Shown: piece by piece, positions 18,069-28,366 of the stretch
Layout of the letters: every line of letters begins with the position of its first letter
Position numbering within the stretch: the first letter of the stretch is position 1
Virus record (IMG/VR): IMGVR_UViG_3300036766_000686
Span: 27,711-91,710 of that record
Direction: 5' to 3' (one strand)
DNA from: a virus
DNA length: 64,000 nucleotides
Notes under the pieces: model-generated
Databases searched by the model: none
What the model was told of the DNA's origin: nothing
What the model saw: only the letters and a program-made list of their open reading frames with translations
Position numbers and translations under genes: made by a program

Positions 18069-21000
18069 TTACGAGTTAATTTCGATCGTATCAGATTCGA
18101 GAGGCAAAGGCATAACCTCAACCTCGTCTATCGTTACCACACTTTTCTCCGCGCCTAACCCCACGTTCCCGGAAACGAACGCGGTAAGATAGTCGGCGTC
18201 ATCATGCACCAATACATTATCAACATAAAACCTAAGCCAGTTCGAGTAAACTGGATGGTCTGAAATCTCGAACCGATACGCGTACCAAGCTCCCAAGTAA
18301 ATCGGTATTCCTATCTCGTTCCGAGTATAGGTTACAGAGGAAACAACGCTCCCACCAACAACTTTAGAAATCGTGATCGAACTATTCCCGTCCACACCAA
18401 ACACAATCCGAGCCGAATAATAATCGAGCCCGTCCGAGCTCACCATCTGGCGCATTTCAAACACCGGGGAGGATTGCGAGGACTCGACCTTTGCTTTTAC
18501 CGTGTATAGACCATGCCCGAAATCTGCCCAATTGACTGAGGACAGCAACGTTCCCACCCCACTCGCGCTATCCGCGTCAATCTCCATCGTTCCCCCGCTC
18601 ACGCTCACAGTGGCATCGGTCAGCGTAGGATTCCATTGTGTGAAGTCCGCATCCTTTTCGAATAAATCGAGTAAGCCCAAATAAAATACCTCGAAGTTTT
18701 CGCCCGAAGGGCGCATCAACCGCAGCAGGGACAACACGAGGTCGCGGTTAAGCGCTCCGTTGTCCACAATTCTAATCGTGCTCCAGTACTCATCCCCAAG
18801 CCCTTCGCCCGGGTGCGCTATAACCCATGGATCCGAGTGAGCGTGTTCCTCCCAAATGCCCGTCTCCTCCATGATCCAGCGATAGTCGAACCAGTTCAGG
18901 ATTCTATTTCTCGCTCCCGTTGCGAAATACAAGATTTCCCGCGTTGCGCTTTCCGGCCCGCGCCTGCGCCACATGGGAACAGATACGGAAATCAAACGCC
19001 TCAATTCATCATAAGAGAGCCCATCCGTAATGCTCGACAAGTCGGGGGTCCATCCGACTATTCTCTTGAGGTACTGTAAGAGTTCATCAGGACATTTTTC
19101 GACGTCCCACAACTCGGGGACGGTCTTATACAACTCCACAAGACGCTCCCATACGAGTTGCGGGCCAAGGAGCCAACGCCACAATAACTTATTCCCTACA
19201 CGCTGGTCTTCCATGCGCACAGGTTCAATTAAAAACTCGTATAGGGAACGCGGGGTCAGCAGGACGGTGGGAACTGCCTGCCCGTAGACCTCGGACTTGT
19301 CAATGCTCAACGTGTCCGAAAAATCCCTTAGGAAAAAATTTCCGCGATAAATAAAGTCCGAGATTGCGAGACCATCGACAAAGGTTCGGTCGTATTCCGC
19401 AAAGTGGTCACAATCTTCGATAAGGGTCATAGTGTCCGCGATACGGACCTCAAACGTCACCCCGACCGCCAACGTTTCGCTCAAGGATAGAGAGGAAGAA
19501 AAATCTCTCAGGTACCGCGCTTCGAAATTAGTCCGCTCCGTTAGCGTCAACGAATCGAAGGAACCGACAAACCGCTCCGCTTCAATCTCGATCCACTCCC
19601 CCTCCATCCCCACTGTGTCGTTTTCCTTACGCTCGAAAGTTTCTTCCTTCGCAACTTCGTCCAACACCTCCAACGTTTCAGTTTCGGTTTTTTCCGCTTG
19701 CAGTTCCGTACCAATTGTTTCGACCAACGTAGCCGAATCCTGTGTTTTCCTCTCGCCTTCGTACTCCTGCTCCAGCCTATCCTCCGCCCCGATTTCATCC
19801 GCAAGAGCTTGTGCCTGATCAACCTCGCTCCTTACCTCGTCATTCAATACCAACGAATCCGCTCCGGCTGATAACCCCATCTCTTGCCCTAATCGCAACT
19901 CATCCGAAAATTCAAATTCATCGGAGGCGGATCTTCCAAACTCGAACCGTTGAGAAATCTCCTCAGCAACGTCCATGGAATCGCTCGAAAGGCGCTCCAT
20001 CGACAATTCAAAATCCAGATCACCTCCGAATCTATAAATCTTTCGTTGGTTACTGATCCCAACGTAGACGGAGGAGCGATAAGCAACAAGCCCGGAAACA
20101 GGAGTGGAAGCGCCAAAGTTGTAAAGGGTTTCCCCCACGTTTATCCCAGGTATCAAGTATCTTTTGATAGCTCCGTTATGCTCGAAATAGACCCAATCAC
20201 CAGCCACAGACAAATCGAGCGGCCAATAGGAAGGGCTTGGCAAAAAAGCGAATGTTGCTCCATTGTTTTCGACCGCTGTCTTGAGTACCTTTTTGACATG
20301 GACCACAGTTGTGCCGTTAGTGAAAATCACCCAGTCCCCATACAACGTCAAGGTCATCGGTCCATTAGAGGCTTGAGCATTGGTTACATTCGTTACGCTA
20401 CCACCGTCCTTAGCAACTCGGCGCACTCGTAAAGACGGGGTATTGGTGATCCAGTACAAAAACCCATCATCCTTTTCAAGCCCTTGAATCGTTCCTTGTC
20501 CGGTAACGATATCCTCAACGCTACCGCTTCCATCACAATGTATTCGTTGTATCTTCCCGCCGCCAGTAGTCCACCAAACGTATTCGCCATCCGTTACCAC
20601 TTCGCCGGGATTATTCAAACCGGTAGCAAGATCGGTCACAGATCCACCGCCGATAGGAACCTTGCGGATTGCTCCTCCCCACTTATCAGCAAGGTAAACG
20701 TTGATCCCATCAACGGCAATCCCCGCTACCATAGACTGTCCAGACGCCAAAAGCGAAGGAACTCCGCCGCTTATCGGTAAGGAGTATGCCCTCTGTAAAG
20801 TATCATCTGTCCAATACAGATATGGCCCCCACTTGACCATCCGAAAAACATATGAATAGCCATCTTGTAAGAGGTGTGACGGAGTTACGTCAATAGAATC
20901 CGAAACGGACTTAGTTGATTCCCCCGCGATCGATAATAAATCCGAAATCTCAGCAGAGTCCGAAATCGGCTTGTGAAATTCCCTTCCACTTGAGAGTAAA

Positions 21001-23114
21001 TCCGAAGCACCAATAGCATCCGAAACCAACTTGTGAAATTCCCATCCACTTGAGAGTAAATCCAAGACTCCAACAGCGTCCGAAACTGGCTTGTGAAATT
21101 CCCATCCTCTTGAAAGTAAATCCGAGACTCCAACAGCGTCGGTAACGAGCTTCTCAATCCCAAGCGATCGATTGAGGAGGTCGGTCGCATTAATCGTTTC
21201 CGAAATCGCACGGAGAGAATTTACCGAACGCGCAAGCGCATCGGTACTCGACACAGAATCGGAAATAGATTGTTCAAACAGTTGCCCAACCTGTGCGAAC
21301 GTGATCCGAAAATATATCTGCCTCGTAGTATTGTTAACGACCCATTTAATCGTGTCTTTGTCCTGATAAACTCCACGCCGCTCGAAAGTGGGCGACCCTC
21401 CCGGCGTTCCAATATCACCGTTGCTGTCAGCCAATACGGATGCGCCGGTATCTCGGGCTCTCTCGCTCGTGTTTCCTGTGCGGGTAAATAGCCCGCTATA
21501 CTGATTAAGTCCCCCAGAAACTTGAACCGAACCGACGAAAGAAGATCCAAGCGTATCGTTCACTTGGTCAGAGTTGCTGTCAGCTCCAAATAGGAGCATG
21601 GCGGCAATGCTCTCCCCGTTGGCAAAAATCACGTCGTCCTGATTTGTGTCGGCTACCCCGGAAGCGTCACCGTTAGCGACCTCACCTTCCAAATAGTATC
21701 GCTTGCCGTTAAAGTTCAACGCGAGCACCTGAACATCATCGGCATTAGTGAATCCCGTCCACGAAAATCCGTTCGACAGCCACTCCGAAATCCAGTTCCG
21801 CCAAGTCAAAGTGCTTGAATCGGTTTGTTGTGAGAAGGCTCCCGGTGACACCACGTGATTGAAATTAGATGCGGCAGGTCCTGCCGATAAACTCCAACAA
21901 CCACTCGCTCCGCCCTTGCCCGCAAACCCGAGCATCATCGCGGCAGTGGTTCTTATCTGGTCAGTCCATCCGTCGATACACTGAGAAATACCAAATAGAA
22001 AATCCGGTGCCCACGGGTAACCCGTATGGCTCGCCGTGTCGGCTGAACAGGTTATCATGGTCGCGCGCAGATCCGCTCCTCCTAGCGCGATGTATCGCAA
22101 CTCCTTCCCACTTGAAACCGCCGTCCAGTTGAGCCTAAAGCCGTTCGTAATTTTACTGTAGGTAGCCAGCATGTCCGGGGAACCAAGCGTGCTATTTCCC
22201 GCCGTGTAATAGCCGACGATCTCTCCATTGCGAGAGTAGCCGCTATGCGAAGTCCCCCCGCTATCATGCCACATTCCGACGCATCCTTGAGTTACGCCTG
22301 TCACCCCGTCGTCCGCTCCGGCGCCAAACATCAACTCGGCGTCCTCGGTGACGTTACCATCCGATACGCCAATAGAAAAAATCAACAACGCCTTCACGTC
22401 AAAACCGACCGTTGTATCCTGATTCCCTGTACTGCCGGGACAAGTGATCGTCCCGGTCTTAACTTTGATATCCGCTTTGGTAGTACTATCCGAAGGTTGA
22501 ATAATCAGAGTAAAGGAACAAAACTCGTTATTAGTAGAACGATTGATGGTTGGTGCACCAGTGCTTCCAGCCGAAGCAAACGCCTTGGTATACATCCCGT
22601 AAGAGAGGGCGGAACCGACATCCTCTTCGCTACGCTCGGTCCACGTTGCATCCGAGATATAAATATCAACGGTCGCATTATTGTACCAAGTGTAGGCGAT
22701 GACAGCCATCGTACCATCGACCTCGGTGCTCTGTGCCTTCGTGGGAATAAGGTCGTCGTTCCCAATAACCCCTGAATAGCGCCGAATCGGTTTGGCTTGA
22801 TCTACTCCGCGATACACCGTTAAAATCGAGCCGACATACATCGAGGAACCGAAGTTAAAAGTCGGATTCGACTCTGATCCCGAAGTGGCGATTTTCCAAA
22901 AAGAGATAAGTCGAATAGGTGTATAATCAACGCACGGTCCCCAATGCCATCCTGCAGGCGGATAGCAATGCATATTGGTAGTGTCGCCGCCTCCGTATAC
23001 GTGCAAGGTTACGAGCAACAAATCACCCGCCTGATGTGACGGCATCGTGATCGTCAGGCTCGTGCCCGGATTGGCAATAGAGGCCGCGCTTTTGCTGATA
23101 TAACTGACCGCCAC
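18069..23114 (-). CDS. Large baseplate wedge/tail protein (P2 gpI-like C-terminal domain) with beta-rich modules, beta-propeller and SDS-repeat stalk
   Basis: C-terminal WDVEKCPDELLQYLKRIVGW..RRLI..WRRRG; position right after baseplate J. Confidence 0.7.
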   Translation of the reverse strand: MAVSYISKSAASIANPGTSLTITMPSHQAGDLLLVTLHVYGGGDTTNMHCYPPAGWHWGPCVDYTPIRLISFWKIATSGSESNPTFNFGSSMYVGSILTVYRGVDQAKPIRRYSGVIGNDDLIPTKAQSTEVDGTMAVIAYTWYNNATVDIYISDATWTERSEEDVGSALSYGMYTKAFASAGSTGAPTINRSTNNEFCSFTLIIQPSDSTTKADIKVKTGTITCPGSTGNQDTTVGFDVKALLIFSIGVSDGNVTEDAELMFGAGADDGVTGVTQGCVGMWHDSGGTSHSGYSRNGEIVGYYTAGNSTLGSPDMLATYSKITNGFRLNWTAVSSGKELRYIALGGADLRATMITCSADTASHTGYPWAPDFLFGISQCIDGWTDQIRTTAAMMLGFAGKGGASGCWSLSAGPAASNFNHVVSPGAFSQQTDSSTLTWRNWISEWLSNGFSWTGFTNADDVQVLALNFNGKRYYLEGEVANGDASGVADTNQDDVIFANGESIAAMLLFGADSNSDQVNDTLGSSFVGSVQVSGGLNQYSGLFTRTGNTSERARDTGASVLADSNGDIGTPGGSPTFERRGVYQDKDTIKWVVNNTTRQIYFRITFAQVGQLFEQSISDSVSSTDALARSVNSLRAISETINATDLLNRSLGIEKLVTDAVGVSDLLSRGWEFHKPVSDAVGVLDLLSSGWEFHKLVSDAIGASDLLSSGREFHKPISDSAEISDLLSIAGESTKSVSDSIDVTPSHLLQDGYSYVFRMVKWGPYLYWTDDTLQRAYSLPISGGVPSLLASGQSMVAGIAVDGINVYLADKWGGAIRKVPIGGGSVTDLATGLNNPGEVVTDGEYVWWTTGGGKIQRIHCDGSGSVEDIVTGQGTIQGLEKDDGFLYWITNTPSLRVRRVAKDGGSVTNVTNAQASNGPMTLTLYGDWVIFTNGTTVVHVKKVLKTAVENNGATFAFLPSPSYWPLDLSVAGDWVYFEHNGAIKRYLIPGINVGETLYNFGASTPVSGLVAYRSSVYVGISNQRKIYRFGGDLDFELSMERLSSDSMDVAEEISQRFEFGRSASDEFEFSDELRLGQEMGLSAGADSLVLNDEVRSEVDQAQALADEIGAEDRLEQEYEGERKTQDSATLVETIGTELQAEKTETETLEVLDEVAKEETFERKENDTVGMEGEWIEIEAERFVGSFDSLTLTERTNFEARYLRDFSSSLSLSETLAVGVTFEVRIADTMTLIEDCDHFAEYDRTFVDGLAISDFIYRGNFFLRDFSDTLSIDKSEVYGQAVPTVLLTPRSLYEFLIEPVRMEDQRVGNKLLWRWLLGPQLVWERLVELYKTVPELWDVEKCPDELLQYLKRIVGWTPDLSSITDGLSYDELRRLISVSVPMWRRRGPESATREILYFATGARNRILNWFDYRWIMEETGIWEEHAHSDPWVIAHPGEGLGDEYWSTIRIVDNGALNRDLVLSLLRLMRPSGENFEVFYLGLLDLFEKDADFTQWNPTLTDATVSVSGGTMEIDADSASGVGTLLSSVNWADFGHGLYTVKAKVESSQSSPVFEMRQMVSSDGLDYYSARIVFGVDGNSSITISKVVGGSVVSSVTYTRNEIGIPIYLGAWYAYRFEISDHPVYSNWLRFYVDNVLVHDDADYLTAFVSGNVGLGAEKSVVTIDEVEVMPLPLESDTIEINS
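20935..21145. repeat. 60-bp tandem repeats (about 3.5 copies) inside the tail gene
   Basis: ttgtgaaattccc..cacttgagagtaaatcc recurs at 20971, 21031, 21091; encodes SDAxGxSDLLSxGWEFHKxV. Confidence 0.9.
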
Positions 23115-23115
23115 T

Positions 23116-23193
23116 TCAAGTTCCTATCGTGATAGTAATGGTTCCCGCAATCGGAAGTTCCGTTGAGCCAAGCGATAAATCCGCCGCCGCCAT
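23116..23193 (-). pseudogene. Relic duplicate of the baseplate-J C-terminus
   Basis: Translates to MAAADLSLGSTELPIAGTITITIGT*, versus baseplate J end SASDLTLSAYELPVAGSIAIVEG*. Confidence 0.65.
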
Positions 23194-23249
23194 CGTTCAT
23201 ATAAGGCGAAGGAATCAGAAATTTTACGGGTTATCAGGGTCACGGCTTA

Positions 23250-25412
23250 TTAACCTTCAACGATAGCGATTGACCCCGCCACAGGCAACTCGTAAGCGCT
23301 CAAAGTTAAGTCGGAAGCGCTACCGTTAATTTTTAGCCCTGTTACTCGGTATATACTGGGGTCGGCGGCAAAAATCTCGTGGTAAATGCGTGATAAATAA
23401 ACGTCACCACCAAAACTCCATTCAAAGTTAATGCCATCTGCTTTTTTTGCATCGGGTTGAAGAAGAGCCGCGATAACCGCCTCGATTGCCGAGATACTGA
23501 CCGCTCCATAGACCGTTGCTTCAATGTCCACGATCTTTCGTTGATAGTTCAACGCGAGAACCTCTTGGTTCGCTACGAGGCGTTTTCGCACAGGTGGGAG
23601 CGCGGTATCGTCTCCGTTAAAATAAGTCTGTATCTCCTCGAGTTGTTCCGCACTCGCAACCCCAGCTCCCGACACAGCAAGAATAAGAATAATGGTCTTG
23701 GGTAACGCCAGCCCTCCCTCGATTGCACAAGCGCGAATAAACGGACGCGCTCCTGCTTCATTTTCATACTCCAGCGTCAATAACTCCACATCGTCCGGAC
23801 CTAACGCAACCTCACTGATACGCAACGAGGCCGGGCCCCTGACCTTCGCTATTTCTAAGCTCTCCTCGCTCGCCACGTCCGATTCCTGCCAACCTATTGC
23901 GGGTCGAGGGTTCCAGAGAGTATTTACCACGGCCAACCCCGACTTATCCGCAACGATTGTCCCCGCGCCTACGTTCCCGTTATCGTTCGCGCCTTTACGA
24001 TACGTTACCGAAACTACCCCGCTGGGAATCGCTCCCGTTACCCCGTCTCCGAATTTTATACTCGCCTTATCATTCTCCCCGAGCACCACGCGATAATGAC
24101 GATCGGTGGAAACGCTCTGGAGGAAGTTCGTCACGCGTGCCCATGTCGTGCCCGCTACCGTTACCGTATCGCTCCCGTCAATGAATCCCTCCTGAGACGT
24201 TGCGAAGGTAAGCCCCGCGGTCACTCCATCTCCAGTGCCGATATTCGAATCAATCTGGCGCTGTCCTTGCACCGCGACCGCCTTCACGTATTGCCCCCCT
24301 TGATCAATCCTTAGCCGATAGATTTCGGGAGAGGCAGGGCCGGAGACGGAAATCAAGCGATAGCGCAACCAGTACGCCTCGATTCCATTGACCTCGCACT
24401 TGTTCCACTGTTGCGTCAAGGACTCGGGGAGAGTGTAAGAGACCGAGCCTCCCGCGTTCCAGTTCGAAGTGCTATCGGTCGTGGTCAACTCTTTCCACTC
24501 CGTTCCTACCGTGTAATCGTTGACGTCACTTGCGTTCGCCTCGCTTACCGTCTGCCCAAGGAGCGTTGTCGTGTGAATCTTATTTTCCCCCGACTCCCAA
24601 ACCGAAACGCACTCCTCGTAGGCTCCGGAACTGTCGAGTTGAACCCGAACGATTGTGCCTACACGTTTCGCTGTGCCGAGGATGCTATTGACGCCGAATA
24701 CCAACGTTCCACCGTCAACAACCTTCGTGCCCGGCTTCCCCGTCAAGACGTCGCCATCATAGTATTCCCAGATACCTGTGAGCCCGCTCCCACCCGTTTT
24801 CAATGTTACCCCGAGCTTGTCCCACATGACTCCAGAATGGCCGACGTAAAGCATGTCCCCAGCGGCAGGCGTAGCCCACGGAACAAAAGAAGCGGACGGA
24901 CCCGTGTTCGCCTCAAGCGTATAGTCCGTATAAACACTACTTTCCAAAGCGAACACCGCGGTCAAAAACCCGTTGGCGCTCGCGGCGACACCCAACGCCT
25001 CAAGGAACTCGAAAGGTACGGACTTCTCGGTAAGGGTAGCGCGGGTAGCGACTTGGGCAAACGCCGATAAGACCTGTGTGCTTGCGGCTAGAGCGGCAGT
25101 CAGTTTACATACAATATCAGCAGAGGCGGGATTGGCGGGAGATAACTCGTACCCGATAAGACGAAGCATGTTCCGCACGACCTCAGGGAGCTTAGCGGTG
25201 GGGAGCGTGGATTCGTTTGCCACCATGTCTATATCACACGAGTTAAGATGCCCCACCAGCGCCATCGCGCGAAGCGTTTGGATCAAGGGGTCTTGCGGGG
25301 ATTCGTCCGTGTGCTCGGGGCAATTAATGCGTTTATCTGCAATCAACGCCTCAAGAATTTGAGGGTAATAAAATGCCGTCCACTTGAAATTCGGAACGCT
25401 TATTGTTGTCAT
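23250..25412 (-). CDS. Baseplate J-like wedge protein
   Basis: ANESTLPTAKLPEVVRNMLRLIGY, IKFGDGVTGAIP, YRKG..GNVGAG. Confidence 0.9.
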   Translation of the reverse strand: MTTISVPNFKWTAFYYPQILEALIADKRINCPEHTDESPQDPLIQTLRAMALVGHLNSCDIDMVANESTLPTAKLPEVVRNMLRLIGYELSPANPASADIVCKLTAALAASTQVLSAFAQVATRATLTEKSVPFEFLEALGVAASANGFLTAVFALESSVYTDYTLEANTGPSASFVPWATPAAGDMLYVGHSGVMWDKLGVTLKTGGSGLTGIWEYYDGDVLTGKPGTKVVDGGTLVFGVNSILGTAKRVGTIVRVQLDSSGAYEECVSVWESGENKIHTTTLLGQTVSEANASDVNDYTVGTEWKELTTTDSTSNWNAGGSVSYTLPESLTQQWNKCEVNGIEAYWLRYRLISVSGPASPEIYRLRIDQGGQYVKAVAVQGQRQIDSNIGTGDGVTAGLTFATSQEGFIDGSDTVTVAGTTWARVTNFLQSVSTDRHYRVVLGENDKASIKFGDGVTGAIPSGVVSVTYRKGANDNGNVGAGTIVADKSGLAVVNTLWNPRPAIGWQESDVASEESLEIAKVRGPASLRISEVALGPDDVELLTLEYENEAGARPFIRACAIEGGLALPKTIILILAVSGAGVASAEQLEEIQTYFNGDDTALPPVRKRLVANQEVLALNYQRKIVDIEATVYGAVSISAIEAVIAALLQPDAKKADGINFEWSFGGDVYLSRIYHEIFAADPSIYRVTGLKINGSASDLTLSAYELPVAGSIAIVEG

Positions 25413-25792
25413 TATTCGGGCCTCGTTGAATAACTCTTGGCGAACTCCTCGACCTTGTCACTCTCAAGGTTAACATATTTGAAGGTAACTTTTAATTCTC
25501 CTTCCGCCTCAATCGTGAATTCTACCGTTTCTCGCATCAATCTAAAAAGCTTCCTTTGCTCGAAATCAACAAAGATCGCGGACAGGCGGCTCAGTATGTC
25601 CGACCTTAGTTCCGTCGTGTCTCCTTTGAATATCGGGGCGTCCCCAAGGTTTATGTCCTGTTGGAAAGCGTGGGCGCTCTCCCCGCTCGACAACGCGATG
25701 GAGATTAATTGAAAGGCTTGCTCGTCCCCTTCGACCATTTGGGTTCGACCTGCCTTGTCTACGCTTACAGGTATTTTAATTCCTCGTGACAT
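25412..25792 (-). CDS. Baseplate wedge/sheath initiator (gp25-like)
   Basis: Size, position before baseplate J, GIKIPV N-terminus. Confidence 0.65.
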   Translation of the reverse strand: MSRGIKIPVSVDKAGRTQMVEGDEQAFQLISIALSSGESAHAFQQDINLGDAPIFKGDTTELRSDILSRLSAIFVDFEQRKLFRLMRETVEFTIEAEGELKVTFKYVNLESDKVEEFAKSYSTRPE

Positions 25793-25798
25793 AACACC

Positions 25799-26047
25799 TC
25801 AAGATAACCCGCCGGTGCTTTTATCGGGGTCTCCCGTAAGACTAACTGGCGCGGCGTTGGGAACCCCAGCTTGTGCAGCTACAAGAAAAGTTCCTGTTGG
25901 AACAGTGACTTCCGCTACCGCTGTTTTAACGTAAGTGTCTATCGCGTTCGCTAAGGCCTGCGCCGCTTGCGCCGCGGTCTTTGACGTTCCAAGGTCTTCG
26001 AATACGGATTGTATAGCCGTTTTCAACGTGGTCTTGTTAAGGGACAT
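25799..26047 (-). CDS. Small baseplate-associated protein
   Basis: MSLNKTTLK..LANAIDTYVK pattern typical of small genes after spike genes. Confidence 0.6.
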   Translation of the reverse strand: MSLNKTTLKTAIQSVFEDLGTSKTAAQAAQALANAIDTYVKTAVAEVTVPTGTFLVAAQAGVPNAAPVSLTGDPDKSTGGLS

Positions 26048-26063
26048 TTTTTTCTACCTTTAG

Positions 26064-26393
26064 CTAATCGAGCGGACAAGGTGGGAGTTGTGGAAGGGAA
26101 GGTAAAGCAGGGAAAGGGGGGATAAGAGGGGGGACAGGCGGGAAGGGGATACCTGGAATCGGAGGTAGGGGGATAGCAACTTCAAACGAAGGCAATTGTG
26201 GAAGGGAAGGTAAAGCAGGGAACGCAGGAAGGGGGATAGGCGGGAAGGGGATATCTGGAATCGGCGGTAGGGGGATAGCAACTTCAAACGAAGGCAATTG
26301 TGGAAGGGAAGGTAAAGCAGGGAAAGGGGGGATAAGAGGGGGGACAGGCGGGAAAGGGATACCTGGAATCGGCGGTAGGATACATTTCGACAC
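26064..26393 (-). CDS. Proline-rich tandem-repeat protein
   Basis: Three ~36-aa units PPIPGIPFPP..PALPSLPQLP, flanked by Cys (SKC.. and CPLD). Confidence 0.55.
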   Translation of the reverse strand: MSKCILPPIPGIPFPPVPPLIPPFPALPSLPQLPSFEVAIPLPPIPDIPFPPIPLPAFPALPSLPQLPSFEVAIPLPPIPGIPFPPVPPLIPPFPALPSLPQLPPCPLD

Positions 26394-26396
26394 ATA

Positions 26397-27221
26397 CTAC
26401 CTCACCATAAGCACTTTTGCCTTTACGACGTCAAAGGCCAGAGGCGGTACTTCAAGAGGAGGACCACTTGGGCCGGTGCCGGTCGGGTGCGTGTGCGCTC
26501 GGAAGATTGTCAAAAACTGATTGGCAAGGACGGCGGGTTCGAGCAACGCCAGCGGGCTCCCGTCGCCTCCTACGTTCACCGTGGGCGCCTGTATCTGAAT
26601 GTACCCACCCTTTGCGCTAAGTTCGATAAACCCACCTTTCTTGTCCACGAGCTTGATCCCATCCGTGTTTGTCGCAAGCAGGTTCCCAAATTCGTCAATC
26701 ACCGCAAGTTCCCCGCTTGCCGCGTTGAGATAAATCAACGATCCGTTTTTGTTGGCGACAACGACCGACCCGTCCTCGTCAATTGAAAATATCGCATAGT
26801 GCCCCGCTCCATCGTGCCACGCGAGATTGATCTTTCGCGCTCCCTCCGTATCGTCAAAGCACAACACATGCCCGCCCGGAGTGCAAAACCCACGCCTCTT
26901 GCCGTAGTTCGTCTGGAACATTTCATTGGGCGTGACGGTGGGAGAAAAGAACCTGTCCCCGCACCAGCGAACGTTGGGAGTGGAGAGAAACGATTGTCCC
27001 CGAACCTCGTCCGTCGAGCTTCCCGCATCCACTTCGATTTCTACTTGCTCTCCTACGTCCGGCACCAACACAAAACCCCACGTCAACTTGGGCTCGACCC
27101 ACTGATTATAAACGACCTTCTCGCTTCCCAACAAAGCCCCACACTTGACCTTAATGCGGAATCGGTTTTCGGGGTCGCTCGTATCTGCGACAACGGCAAT
27201 ATGGCGCTCGGTTCTTATCAT
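26397..27221 (-). CDS. Baseplate central spike (gpV/gp5 OB-fold)
   Basis: VVADTSDPENRFRIKV..VPDVGEQV; C-terminal HTHP metal-binding motif. Confidence 0.88.
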   Translation of the reverse strand: MIRTERHIAVVADTSDPENRFRIKVKCGALLGSEKVVYNQWVEPKLTWGFVLVPDVGEQVEIEVDAGSSTDEVRGQSFLSTPNVRWCGDRFFSPTVTPNEMFQTNYGKRRGFCTPGGHVLCFDDTEGARKINLAWHDGAGHYAIFSIDEDGSVVVANKNGSLIYLNAASGELAVIDEFGNLLATNTDGIKLVDKKGGFIELSAKGGYIQIQAPTVNVGGDGSPLALLEPAVLANQFLTIFRAHTHPTGTGPSGPPLEVPPLAFDVVKAKVLMVR

Positions 27222-28366
27222 GCGAGAATCTTCCTTGCTGTAAAATCACAAGTGTACCCGCTATCCCTGTCGAACTTGTGAGCCACACGAGAGAAATAAT
27301 AGTCCCCAGTTAAAGACATACTCGGCAAGGTGAGAGAGTGGGTTTGCCTTGCGCGTAAGTCCTCGATTCCGATCACCGACCCACGCCCCATCACAAAATT
27401 TTCCCGCTTGCGCTTGAACCATTCCTGCGCCCACACCTTCATGTCCACGGCGCTCGAAAACTTTTTATCCGTGATAACGTCCACAGCGTAATCCCCAAAC
27501 ATCAACCTTACCACCGCCCCTGCCGTCGTGTGTGTTTCGTCAACGACTTTGGAAGGGTCGCCTTGGTACTTGACGTCTGGAGCGTTCGCTAGATCGTCGA
27601 ACTCCTCCACGTAAAGTTCATCGGTTAGAGGGTTGCGGGACTGGACTTGCAACCGAGTGACCGCGCCGGTTAGCGCAAGCTCGGGCCGGAACTCTAACAA
27701 CGAACACGATCCCACCGCGTGTTCGAAAGTATATTTTTTGTCCTGTATCATCCCGCTTCGGTTGTCGGGATTTACAAAGTATAGACACCATCCAAGCACC
27801 TCGTTGTAATCGACCCAGAATAAATACCCCACCAAGTTCGCCAACCCTTTTACGAATTCGAAATCGGACATGTCCGACTTTTGAGGAGAGGTATTGCGGT
27901 TGGGCGTTGGGTCCACAAACGCCTTGAAGTTATAAGGAGCGCAAGCCGCAATCCGTTCAATGGCTTGGTCGATCTGGAATACCTCGAACTGAGTTATTGA
28001 TTCCTCTTGAGGACGAGCGTCCTTCGGCTTGTTTTGGGTCATTAGAATATCCTTTGTATACCCCTTGATGGTGATTGTCGGCATCCCATCTTGGACAAAG
28101 GATAGTTCGGGTTTGCAGATTATTACCCGCCCGATAAAAGACAACTGTGTGCCGTAACCGCACCAAATATCTAGTTCGTTTCCCGGCTGCCATAGCGGGG
28201 AATCGCATAGGATATAATCTGGGTTGGCAAGCGTCACGCGAGCCTCGTCCACTACCCCGTCCGCACTCTCGTACTCGACGGACTGAACCAAGTCGGAAAT
28301 CCCCGTTCCGAGTTTGTTGCCCGCAACTGCTACTTCGAAATTCGGGGCGAGGTCATCGTTGCTCAT
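27218..28366 (-). CDS. Baseplate hub (late control D-like)
   Basis: GNELDIWCGY, SDFEFVKGLA, GDYYFSRVAHKF..GYTCDF. Confidence 0.85.
   Translation of the reverse strand: MSNDDLAPNFEVAVAGNKLGTGISDLVQSVEYESADGVVDEARVTLANPDYILCDSPLWQPGNELDIWCGYGTQLSFIGRVIICKPELSFVQDGMPTITIKGYTKDILMTQNKPKDARPQEESITQFEVFQIDQAIERIAACAPYNFKAFVDPTPNRNTSPQKSDMSDFEFVKGLANLVGYLFWVDYNEVLGWCLYFVNPDNRSGMIQDKKYTFEHAVGSCSLLEFRPELALTGAVTRLQVQSRNPLTDELYVEEFDDLANAPDVKYQGDPSKVVDETHTTAGAVVRLMFGDYAVDVITDKKFSSAVDMKVWAQEWFKRKRENFVMGRGSVIGIEDLRARQTHSLTLPSMSLTGDYYFSRVAHKFDRDSGYTCDFTARKILA

Noticed and set aside
20935-21145. 60-bp repeats as a CRISPR array or DGR template
   Set aside because: They are in-frame coding repeats with no unique spacers, and no cas or reverse transcriptase gene is in the window.
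26060-26395. Alternative 111-aa Leu/Ser/Arg-rich ORF as the real gene
   Set aside because: It is probably open only because the repeat unit lacks stops; the Pro-rich frame looks more protein-like. Not fully excluded.
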